The translations under genes were made by a program, and so were the position numbers. The notes under the pieces were generated by a model. The model saw only the letters and a program-made list of their open reading frames with translations, ran no database searches and was not told the DNA's origin. DNA of 63,848 nucleotides, filler included, from Stramenopiles sp. TOSAG23-3 (Eukaryota): the NCBI GenBank assembly GCA_900128585.1. It is 8 parts of 8 records of this genome, joined end to end, with 100 filler letters (N's around TTAATTAATTAA, not from the genome) between each part and the next. Parts side by side here need not be neighbours in the genome. Positions count along the whole stretch, not along the records: positions 1 to 10,020 come from LT642856.1; positions 10,121 to 20,135 come from LT642857.1; 6 more parts are not named here. One strand, given 5' to 3'. Of the stretch, positions 1 through 10,122 are shown piece by piece. Position 1 is the first letter of the stretch; each line of letters begins with the position of its first letter.

Positions 1-75
1 CAATTAAAAAGTGCAACAAATGGTTGTTTATTCTTGCGTGGGCTGGTAAGTGTGAGAGTAATAATAGTTTAAGAA

Positions 76-873
76 ATGAGGGGAAGGCTAATTGCTGGTA
101 TTTTAGCCATTGTACTCTTCGCTGTGCGTTCGTTTGCTGAAGAATGCCCTGCTGGAAAATATGGAAACCCTGCACTAGATATCGGTTGTGAATTTTGCCC
201 TTTAGGGAAATATACGAATCAAACGGGGCGTCGTTTCCAAGTTCCTGCTTGCTTCATTCATCGGTCACGGTTTTCTTGATTTCTGGCCCATCTTTAAGAG
301 TTGGGAATGGACGCGCGCGCTTGCTGCTTACGTTTGCGTCAGCATTGCTGGCATCTACGTATACTCCACATGGCCTGGTGTGACCATGATAGTCTTCATG
401 TTATCATCTGCGTACCATTTCGGCTCCGACTGGGAACAGGCTTCAGAGGCCATGTTTCTGGGTTCTACTATGCTCGGGTTGGCCTCGTATGCCTCCCACG
501 ACATTTACTCGAAGCTAGGGATTCCGAACGATGGGCTTTTTTCGATCGTGTACTGCTCCGTGGGCTTTGTATCCCTCTTGACTGCGTGGTCTCGCAAGAA
601 GATTTCCTTGCTTTTCCTGGTCATGGGTATGGTGGGTGGCTACTTGCTCAAAAATACGGGCGTACAAGCATTTACCTGGGATGGGCCGTATTTACTGCTC
701 TTGTGTACGCCGGCCTGCATGTTTCAGACGATATTCCGTTTGAATACACCACTGGGGCCGTTCTTGGGATATTATTTGCCCACATTATATTGACGGCTTG
801 CATACGGGAGAAGGGAGGACAGGTTTTGTTTAAGGTTGCATACAAAATCGACTCTCCCCTGGTCAATGTGTAG
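76..873 (+). pseudogene. Fragmented membrane/secreted protein: signal peptide plus Cys-rich (TNFR/GCC2-like) start, then TM segments split over three frames
   Basis: MRGRLIAGILAIVLFAVRSFAEE-CPAGKYG...CEFCPLGKY start. Hydrophobic segments continue in overlapping ORFs 195-383, 380-793 and 301-873, with no clean intron model found. Confidence 0.4.
558..659 (+). repeat. Direct repeat, copy 1 (about 100 bp); copy 2 at 2432-2543
   Basis: ccgtgggctttgtatccctcttgactgcgtgg...tggctacttgctcaaaaatacgg occurs twice. Confidence 0.95.
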
Positions 874-1376
874 TGATACAAAATAATTTTCCTAAAAAAT
901 GTGTGTCTGTTATTACACCAGTTCCGAACATTCGTAATTCTTAAAACAGCTACCCACCATTTCTACACCACCACGCTTTGCCGCACTTTTCTGCCCACAG
1001 TTCTTTCGCAAACGTCCATCCATATAAAAAGAAAAAATATATACGAGGAGTCTAATAAAAAGAGCGATTTATCTCCTCGTACTCCTCGTATTATTATGTG
1101 GTATAGTCTAATAAGTAGTATTTTTATTTTTTAATAAATCTCCACACAACAGCAGCAGCAGCAACATATATTTCTGAACCCCTTGATGATTTTAACGTGA
1201 GTGGTGAGTGGGATGATAGTTGGTTTGTTGTTTAATGATAATAATTATCTATTCTTATACAAATTTCCAGTAAGAACCTTCCAAGGTCGTTCCAGCGACA
1301 GCATATTAAGAATCATTTTCATATAGTCCGTTTGCATAGAAACATTTACCGTGCAAACCGTAATTGCGTGCACTCC

Positions 1377-2282
1377 ATGACGTCGACGCAACCTCTGCAA
1401 CTGAAAGACTCACCTGATGGTTTAGAACTGGCACCGGATTCAGAAGTATGGATTGACGCCGGTATCTTGCCATGGGAAAGAGAGCCTGGCTTTCTTTTGT
1501 CCTTTGAGATCGACAGCAAGGGGGTTCAAGACTTTCTGTCAAATGCCCTCTACAAACGATTCTCAAACTTGACGGTATTTGCCTACTGCCTTACTGGACC
1601 TTACGTCATTTTTCCTTTACTAGTGCCGTGCGTGGTTAGTCCGTGTGCTGAATGCTTCCTTCAGCACCCTAAGTTTAAGAAGCGCTTGACTCAGCGCCAG
1701 GTCGCTCTTACGACGCGTGGGATTGTCATCCGGGTTCCTACAGATGCACTTCAACCATGTAAATCATGGGACGCAGATAACCCCAAGCTTAATTGTCACC
1801 CCTTGGACCAATTCAATATGGACGTCAATTTCGACGAGAGCACGGACGGGCCCTACTCCGTTCGCCGCCTCTATTTTGACGAAATACGTAGCGCGAACAT
1901 TGTTCCCAATCCGACATATAAAACTAGTTGCTGTCTTGCGGTCTGTTTTGGCAGCGAAGTGGCCTCACCGGTCAGTTACGTTCAGATTGATATTGGTAAG
2001 GGAAATGAAACAAAACGTGGGAAGGTTACCAACCCTGTCTTAGTTGGGTTGAAAGACCCACAGAGGTTTTGTAAAGAGGTCAACAAGTGCGCAAATGGTG
2101 TAAAGCTCGGGGAAATTGCATTGCAAGTGGCACCGGCTGCGACCAGCATGGAGCGAAACGATGGGGCCTCACTTTCGACCGAGCTGAGTAGACTTGCAGA
2201 ACTCCACGATAAGGGATACCTAAAAGGCGAGGAGTACTCTGCGGCAAAAATGGCGATCATAAAGAAGTTCAACACAAAATGA
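1377..2282 (+). CDS. Hypothetical protein with C-terminal SHOCT-like domain
   Basis: ORF from ATG 1377; one hydrophobic segment; C-terminal LSTELSRLAELHDKGYLKGEEYSAAKMAII fits the SHOCT pattern. Confidence 0.7.
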   Translation: MTSTQPLQLKDSPDGLELAPDSEVWIDAGILPWEREPGFLLSFEIDSKGVQDFLSNALYKRFSNLTVFAYCLTGPYVIFPLLVPCVVSPCAECFLQHPKFKKRLTQRQVALTTRGIVIRVPTDALQPCKSWDADNPKLNCHPLDQFNMDVNFDESTDGPYSVRRLYFDEIRSANIVPNPTYKTSCCLAVCFGSEVASPVSYVQIDIGKGNETKRGKVTNPVLVGLKDPQRFCKEVNKCANGVKLGEIALQVAPAATSMERNDGASLSTELSRLAELHDKGYLKGEEYSAAKMAIIKKFNTK

Positions 2283-2431
2283 ATTATTAACAACATCAAG
2301 GCCTTCCACGTTCCCGTCTGCAGCCGCCCGATGAAGCGATTCCCCGTACTTTTTCTTGGCCAGACTAAGTGACAAGGGTGTATTGATTAGAATGGACAAA
2401 AGGAGCAGATTAATTTTCGCGGTACAAGAGG

Positions 2432-2543
2432 CCGTGGGCTTTGTATCCCTCTTGACTGCGTGGTCTCGCAAGAAGATTTCCTTGCTTTTCCTGGTCATGG
2501 GTATGGTGGGACGGTCCGTTTGGCTACTTGCTCAAAAATACGG
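2432..2543 (+). repeat. Direct repeat, copy 2, with a 10-nt insertion (acggtccgtt, 2511-2520)
   Basis: Identical to 558-659 apart from the insertion. Confidence 0.95.
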
Positions 2544-2545
2544 CC

Positions 2546-3238
2546 ATGCTGGAGGGAAAATGGCCAAGTGAAAATGTGGTAATTGAAATTATTACATGGT
2601 TTGGTGTAATAATATTTTCGTTTGCTCTCCTAATGTTTCTTAAAGATGTGGCGTACTTAACTCGCGCGTACTTTAAGTTATCGCGCGCGTTCAAGAGAAG
2701 AAAAAGAAACCAACATGGTTGTTTCAAATCAATGAAACAAAAGATCTGTTTTTGCAGAGCAAGACCTGATAGAAGTAATGGACGGATTGATCAAACGAAA
2801 ATTGTGCCTTCAACGCGCAAACCCAGTAGGGGACGCAGTTTAACATCCATACTGTATGATGATAACATAGAAGCATCTGCTGTGGTGCAATTAAACCTTA
2901 GCGATGCAAAACGAAAGGCGTCGGCAAGATTAGAACGCAGACGAACATCAAAACTGCGAGGATTCCCTGAAAACAGCGATGTAGGGGAAATTAACCCACC
3001 GGGTTATACTAGGAGCCCCATACGGGACAGAAGCTTCACGTCTCGTTTTATCACCCAGCACCTTGCACAAGAACAAATACTCAATAAGCGAATTAATCGT
3101 GACCGCCGCTCGTCAAGAACACGGCTGATGAAACGGATTAATGGAAGCAAGGCCGTGCTGCCTCCTGATCACAAACCGACAGAGGGGGAAATATTGCAGA
3201 ACAAGAAATCGAAAGAAACTGATTTCGATTTCGTATGA
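2546..3238 (+). CDS. Single-TM protein with basic cytoplasmic tail, possibly the 3' remnant of a larger gene
   Basis: TM segment IITWFGVIIFSFALLMFL followed by an Arg/Lys-rich tail. Confidence 0.45.
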   Translation: MLEGKWPSENVVIEIITWFGVIIFSFALLMFLKDVAYLTRAYFKLSRAFKRRKRNQHGCFKSMKQKICFCRARPDRSNGRIDQTKIVPSTRKPSRGRSLTSILYDDNIEASAVVQLNLSDAKRKASARLERRRTSKLRGFPENSDVGEINPPGYTRSPIRDRSFTSRFITQHLAQEQILNKRINRDRRSSRTRLMKRINGSKAVLPPDHKPTEGEILQNKKSKETDFDFV

Positions 3239-3500
3239 AAGTAGAGACACTTCATATTTATTATTTACGAAAGTTATAATACATTATTTTAGCTTCGAAG
3301 TCTATGATAATAGGAAATATTTTGTATTGTAAATGAATTTAACAACTACAAACATTGTATCCTTACCATTTTACCTTCGCTTCGGGACACAACCGTTATA
3401 AAGTATTTTTTAAAAGTATCGTATCCCTATATATTATATTATTAATAATTCAAACGTGTAATGATTGATATATAATAATTAATGAGATAGTAGGTTTTGA

Positions 3501-6500
3501 ATGAACGAAGAAAAGAAAAAATTCAGAGAATCGGACAAGGAACCGTCTCTGGTTTGCAAATTTGTACTGCCTCCTTTCCCTGCCGTCTTGAAGACCATTT
3601 TCATTGCTCAGTACATTCTTATCCATCCTTGGCACGGGATGGATTCTTACATCGATGACCATGACCTTTTCCACACCCACCAGAACTCGCATGCGAATGC
3701 TCACAATATGGACGACGCAAAGTTGCAGAATGGAATATACAAGACGCTGAAACGTTACGATTTGTCTTCGAGTGCGATTTACGAAGAAATGTTTAAAATA
3801 GAAGAAGACCTCCTCAATGGAGGCAGCAAGCGCGTGCGGCGCATGAACGATAATGCAACAGCAGGTGCATCACCCCGAAATAGACGCTCACGGTCGAATA
3901 CAGTAACGACCAGCCTGTCGGCAACGGAAAACTTTGATACAGACATGATACAGACACGTACGACAATGATCATGATTCTTTTAACGATGCAAATCATGCA
4001 GCGCAAAACCATTTGAGGCAAGTCTTGGTGAACATGTGCAAGGTGCACGGTCTTCATCACGATAAAACGTTGGCCGTCAAACGCCACCTGCAGACATTTT
4101 ACAGGGCCACCAACCAGTCCGGTATGGCTTTAGAACTAGAGTCCTGCGCCGGAGTCCACGTTCATAAACTCACGCAAATTTTTGAAGAACAGAAACGGAA
4201 AGCAAGAATGAAGAAGACGTGTCCCCCCGAAGAAGATCGGGGGAAATCGTCGCCTTCGAGGCGTGGTCTAAAGTTGAAGCCGATAAAGTACGGGCGAAAG
4301 TCTCCGTCGAAGCAATCGTTACAGGCCCAGGACAAAGCTTTTGTTGCTTCCCAAGCAACCCCGTTTCCGTTAACAAAAATAAAGGCAAACGCGCTTACGA
4401 AGCTAAGACTGTATCCATCGTACCGAGACTACAACGCAATTATTTCCCTGAATGGCCCGAGTACAATCGTCATAGGAGACTCCATGTCTGTCGAATTTAC
4501 CATGTCATTTCCCGAAAACCGACTGTCAAAGCAATACCCGCATCCGACGGACACCATTGCCATCGTCCCTGCAGACGTGTTCGATGGGGTCGACCCCTTG
4601 AACGAATTTCATGAAAATATTCTGTGCTCAGAGATTGTCCCTTCGATGCAGAACAAAGGCAAAGTTCAGTTCCAGGGTACGATGAAATTGAGCAAGGCTG
4701 GAGAGTACAAAGCTTTGTACGCATTCCGGGGCCGGTACCCGCACCAGTGCTTCCATAAATTCACCGTGCGCTTGGTGGATGCAAGGATCACGGTTATGAC
4801 GTCCAACGTGCGTTGCGGCTCAAAAATTTTGATCAGCTGGTACAGAGCACCGTACGAAGCTGGGCCGAGCGACGTCGACTGGATAGGGCTGTACCATATT
4901 ACCGGGGTGGGAAAGAAGAAGCTGATCAGTAGAAAGGACGTGCCAAGCGCGCCTACGGCAGAGGGCCAGCTCAGTTTTCATATGCCAGGGTTGGTAGGAC
5001 AGTTCCAATGCCTTTTTCACATATCAAAATTTGATAACCAAGTTATTGCAGCGTCGGAACGTCTGGTAGCAAAAATGCGCTTGCACGCAATGACCGGAAG
5101 AATTACTCCAAAGACAGAAGTCCGATTGATCCTGGCAAGTGCCCACGGAGATTGCTTCAGCGAAAGGCAGGCATTTCAAAAGCACGCGGTTCCCCACCTT
5201 GAAGAAATTGCCTCGCTGAAAGGCATGTCCTTCACGTACGTGAACTTCACGAGAGAAGATTACAATAATGTTACGGACGAATGCCTGATACAAATGCTGC
5301 AAACCGGGCTTCGTGAGTGCAGCTGCGCCACCATATTTGTCATGCTGCTCGGCAACCGGTACGGAATTATCCCCCCGAAAAAGCTTCTGTCAAAGAGGTT
5401 CAAGGAAATGCACCCGTGGGTCATGGAAAAACTTAATTATTCGAGCAGCAAAAGGCTTCAAGGGGTTGGGGCAGGGGCCTCCGTTCTGGAAATGTTCGCC
5501 CACCAAGCATTTTTTGCTCCCCTCGCAAACAGCGGCCCGTCGGAGGTAAAAAATGCGTATTTTTACCTCCGCACCCCAAGCGTCGTCAGCACAGAACCTT
5601 TCTCAAAGATGGAGCTGGACAGTTTTGAAAACGAGGCTGCCAACCAAGACCTCAGGGGCAGGATAGTGCGCTCCGGTGCAGGAAATGTCTGCCTCTCGTA
5701 CAGCGATGCCAAAGACTTCTGCTCCATCGTAATGAAAGATCTCAGCGAGGCAATTAAAAAAATTGCAGGAAAAAGCGACGATCTTACGGGAAGCAGACAT
5801 GCGGTGGAGTATCGTCGGTTCTACACGAACGAAAAGCACAAATCCTTGTTTTCAGAAATGTGCGCGTACCAGAAAAACATTTTTTCGAAATACTTGGACA
5901 ATCTGCAATCATCGCGTATGGTCTTTGTTGACAACGCGATTGCCAGCAGTTCCGGAAAGTTTCAGGACGACATCTTGATCGATGCGTGGTTGCTACATGC
6001 CATCATGCAAGATAAACCTCGCCCCCGGAAGAAGGAAAATGGTGACCCGGGGGATGCCAAGGGTCAAGTGGGTGGCCATACAGACGATTTAGAAAAAATG
6101 ACCGAAGAGCTCTTGGCAAAGACGTGCCAAAACATCGAGGTGCACGAAGGGGACCAGACGGCCATGGGTGCGCTCAACTCGATGGTGCAGGATATTATTA
6201 GCAACAAAGTCACAGCGAAAGATATACCGTTTATAATTATTGGGTGCCACGGCGTTGGAAAAAGTTCCATACTCGTTCGATGGCTCAAGCAGTTGTTCCG
6301 AAAATACGACCAGGACACAGACAATGCAATTGTCTCCACTTCTCTAAAACTTCCATTCTCGGAACCAAAGTTCTCCAAATTGCACATTGTCTGTGTCCAC
6401 CCAGGAGAGACCTCTACGCGACTTCAGAGTATAAACGAAGTTTTGCGCTTCATTGCCTACGAGCTGGCGGCCCTGATGCCTGACTTGCCCAGAAAATTGG

Positions 6501-8548
6501 TCCAAAACTACATCAACCAATCCAACCCTGACCTGATCCATCATTTCCCGCACTTTCTGCGCAATGTTGGTGAGTACGGGAAAGTCTTGCTGTGCATCGA
6601 CGGTCTGGACAAGCTGACGCCGTGCACGTTGGACTGGTTGGACTTGAAATTGCCACCGAACGTGTCTGTAGTTCTTGTTGGGGCAATCAAGGGTTCGTTT
6701 GCGTCGAAACCAAGGGAATCCAATCCCTTGCTCGCGGATGACATCTACAAGCTGCTAAAGAAGCGACAGTGGTTGGTTTCGGGGCACATGCTTTTGTTGA
6801 AGAGAGTAGACAAGAATGACGTCAATAAAATCATGCTGGACTTTGTGGACGCGTTGGAGAATACTAGCAGGTCCGACGTCCTGGCCGCTTTGCACGGTCC
6901 GGGGGCACTTGCGTTCGTTGAATTGGAAGAAACGCCGGGCGACGCATCGTCGTTGCTCCCTATATTTTCTCGTGTCTCCCATGCCAACCTGGCAACGAAT
7001 CTAAGGGCGCTTCGGTACTTTATTGCCAGCTTTGAGCCGTACGACGCGGTGGAAAATATCGAGCAAAGAATCGACGAATTCGATGGTTTTCAAAGCATTG
7101 AAGAGGCCTACGACGACGCCCTCAGCGACGTCAACGTAGTGTATGCGCGGGGGTGCCAAATACTGCAGTTGATCCTGGTGAGCGCCAACGGTCTTTCTGA
7201 AGAAGAGCTCAGGGAGTGCATTGTAGAGAAGAACACCACTCGGTGGTCGGAGTTTGTCTTTGCGGTGGAGCCGCACATACTGACCAGACGCGGTGCGTAC
7301 CTTGTCCTGACCAACGTCGATGTGGCGGCCGCGGTTCTCCGTAGCTTTGATAATGAAGTGGAGAGGTGCGAGCGATACCAACGCTTGATTTATTACTGGG
7401 AGCACAAACGCAACAACCCGGAGCTCGTTGATCGAGCGACCCATGAGCTAGGCCATTTATACTTTTCCATGTGGCATGGTAAACCAAAAATACAAAAGTT
7501 CGATGGTGAAGGCGAGGAAATTCCATTGGAATTTGCGACTCGGCAAGCCCTGCAGCATTTCCGAGTCGAGGGGCGGAAGAAGATGTGGGAATTCCTCACG
7601 AACTACGATTCGTTCTGCAACAATTTTCGGAACAAAATAGGCAGGCACCGGCTGCACGAATACTTCAAAGTCCTTCCTCCGTTGAAGGGGTGGAAAGACG
7701 GCTTGACTGTCCTTCAAGACCGCTTTTTGTCGCACTTCAAGATAAACCGAAAGTTTTTCAAGTCTGGCAGCTTCCAGGGTTTTCAAATTTCCGAAGTCTC
7801 GGACGTGTGCAAGTCCAAAAACATCGCTGCCATGCCTCACAGCTTTCAGATCGCTTCGGGCCTGGTTCTGATCTACCTTTGGCTGGTGGATCTGCAACTT
7901 CCCATGTTTAACCAGTGCTGGGCTCGACCGCCCACGCGAAAGGACAAGCGTGTGTTCAACCTGTGCATGGATAATGTAGGAAGGGTGTGCTCCGGGTCGG
8001 TGTGGCCGGAAGAGCCCCTGTTTCTGTTAGAGCGCGCTTTTGTTCTCTTGATGGGAAAGATCTCCTTCAATGGCATAGACGATAGTTCGGAAATGCTTGA
8101 GAAACGGTTTTTTGGCAAGCGAAGGCACGTATTCAACCAGACCAGTCCCATGTACATGTTTGCAGTAATTTCCGAAGCAACCTCGGCGTTGTACTGCACG
8201 GAGCTGTTTGCATGCGCAGAATTGCTTCTAGGGTACGAGCACCGACTGCCCGTGGACGAATTCCCGAAGAGTATGAAAAACCGTCAGTACAGGCTTGGAC
8301 AGTACATCACCAGGATGTGCTTCACCGTTTTGATTGACGAAAACAGTGCACGGATAAAAAACATTGTTTCGAAAACGAAGTTCAAAGCCTCAGTGATCAG
8401 TAAACTGACAGAAAGTATCCTCACGTACTACGCAAAACATTTCTCGGGGTGGCACTCGAATGGTGGCAACGAGGACGAGGTCAAGTGCATCAGCATGTTG
8501 AAACGGGCGATGACTAAGTTCGACGTCATGGGGTTGAACAACAACTAA
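3501..8548 (+). CDS. STAND NTPase: two SKICH/Ig-like domains, DUF4062 and NACHT (NPHP3/TEP1/NWD-like core). ORFs 3501-4016 and 4013-8548 join via an intron or a frameshift.
   Basis: DWIGLY motif; EVRLILAS...SER...FVMLLGNRYG (DUF4062 pattern); Walker A GCHGVGKS; Walker B LLCIDGLD; GLSEEEL motif. Confidence 0.75.
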
Positions 8549-8775
8549 AAAAGTGACATCTTCAGAAAGCATAATCGCCCCCCGCGCGCGTAATATTGTA
8601 ATGAACCCAGTGAAACCATGAACCATGAACCCTCTTGAATTTAAAAACCTCGACTGGGTGTAAGATGTATAAAAACACAAAAATAGTTATAAAAAAATAT
8701 ATAGTAAAATAGTTATATTCTGTTATTTAGAAACCGTAACGAACCCGTGCTTTATCAAAGAGCGAAGATTCTCTT

Positions 8776-9657
8776 TCACTGAATAATTGTTTCCGAGACT
8801 TTCGTCGCAACCTTCGACGCTGCCTCTGCAGATATTGTTTGAAGCTCTTCCCTTACCCAGTCATGGATAGTTTTCCAGTGGGGACAGTCCGCCATCAATA
8901 GGAACCGTTTTCCCCAAATCTCCGAGTCGATCGAGCTTTCCATTGCCAGAATGTGCGCACGTGATACGTCACGAACATCTACAATCGCTTTACAGGAATT
9001 GTTAATTTCGTCCTGGAAGCCTGTGGCGCAGCCCACGATTGCTTTGCAGCTCGTGTTCAAAACTGGCTGAAGCATCGGTCCGAATATCAAGCATGGATTC
9101 ATGACGGCCATACGAAAAGAGCAATTTTCTTTCTTTGAAAACTCCCACGCCATTCTTTCGGTCTGAATTTTCGAGTGACTGTACCAATTCTTCGCCTCCA
9201 CTATTTTTTTCTCCTCGCTCCAGTCTTCCTCGGAAAGAACATGCTCTTTGTCCTTTGTTCCATACCAAACGTACATGCATGCAGTGCTCGCGGTAAGAAC
9301 AACCTTTTCAATCTTTGCCTTGTTGCAAGACTCAAGCACATTCCTAGTCCCGTCCAATGCCGGTTTCAAGAGTTTTTCCATTTTGTAGTCTTTCCCGCCG
9401 ACGAAGAAAGGAGAGGCGACGTGAAGTACCGCCTTGCATCCTGCGATAGCTTCGTCGAACGACCCTGGGGTGAGCAAGTCCGCAACATACACGTTCAGGT
9501 TTGATTCAGCGTTCGGAAGCTGTTTAAGGTGGTTCGCTTTCTCCACACTTCGCACCGTTGTGTTCACGACGTACCCTTTCTCCAGTAGTTGAGCAACACA
9601 CCAGCTGCCTAGAAATCCACTACCCCCAGTGACGCATACAGGCGAAGCAGAGGACAT
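8776..9657 (-). CDS. Cinnamoyl-CoA reductase/dihydroflavonol reductase-like extended SDR; C-terminus appears disrupted
   Basis: VCVTGGSGFLGS Rossmann motif, HVASP, catalytic YSHSK, VDVRDV. Confidence 0.9.
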   Translation of the reverse strand: MSSASPVCVTGGSGFLGSWCVAQLLEKGYVVNTTVRSVEKANHLKQLPNAESNLNVYVADLLTPGSFDEAIAGCKAVLHVASPFFVGGKDYKMEKLLKPALDGTRNVLESCNKAKIEKVVLTASTACMYVWYGTKDKEHVLSEEDWSEEKKIVEAKNWYSHSKIQTERMAWEFSKKENCSFRMAVMNPCLIFGPMLQPVLNTSCKAIVGCATGFQDEINNSCKAIVDVRDVSRAHILAMESSIDSEIWGKRFLLMADCPHWKTIHDWVREELQTISAEAASKVATKVSETIIQ

Positions 9658-9670
9658 TATTTTTGGGACT

Positions 9671-9922
9671 TTGGAAAGAACTGGAAGGAGACAGCTGAAA
9701 GGTATTTTTTAGTTTAGGTGTCACTGAGATATGTCGCAAGCGTATGTTTGCGTATAAATCTTTGATGGGATGTAGACCAGGCAGGCTGACTCAATCTTGG
9801 AAAGAACTGGAAGGAGACAGCTGAAAGGTATTTTTTAGTTTAGGTGTCCCTGAGATATGTCGCAAGCGTATGTTTGCGTATAAATCTTTGATGGGATGTA
9901 GACCAGGCAGGCTGACTCAATC
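9671..9922. repeat. Tandem duplication, 2 x 126 bp with one mismatch, just upstream of the SDR start
   Basis: 9671-9796 equals 9797-9922 except gtcact/gtccct. Confidence 0.95.
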
Positions 9923-10020
9923 ACAGTGATTATATAATCGACATGTGGAAGGTGGAACAAAAGAAGAACAGTGGCAAAATGGGCGGGGTGGACGGACGGA
10001 AGAAATTGTATTTTTGTATA

Positions 10021-10120
10021 NNNNNNNNNNNNNNNNNNNNNNNNNNNNNNNNNNNNNNNNNNNNTTAATTAATTAANNNNNNNNNNNNNNNNNNNNNNNN
10101 NNNNNNNNNNNNNNNNNNNN
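10021..10120. other. Artificial contig linker (N44-TTAATTAATTAA-N44)
   Basis: Six-frame stop linker flanked by Ns. Confidence 0.99.
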
Positions 10121-10122
10121 AG

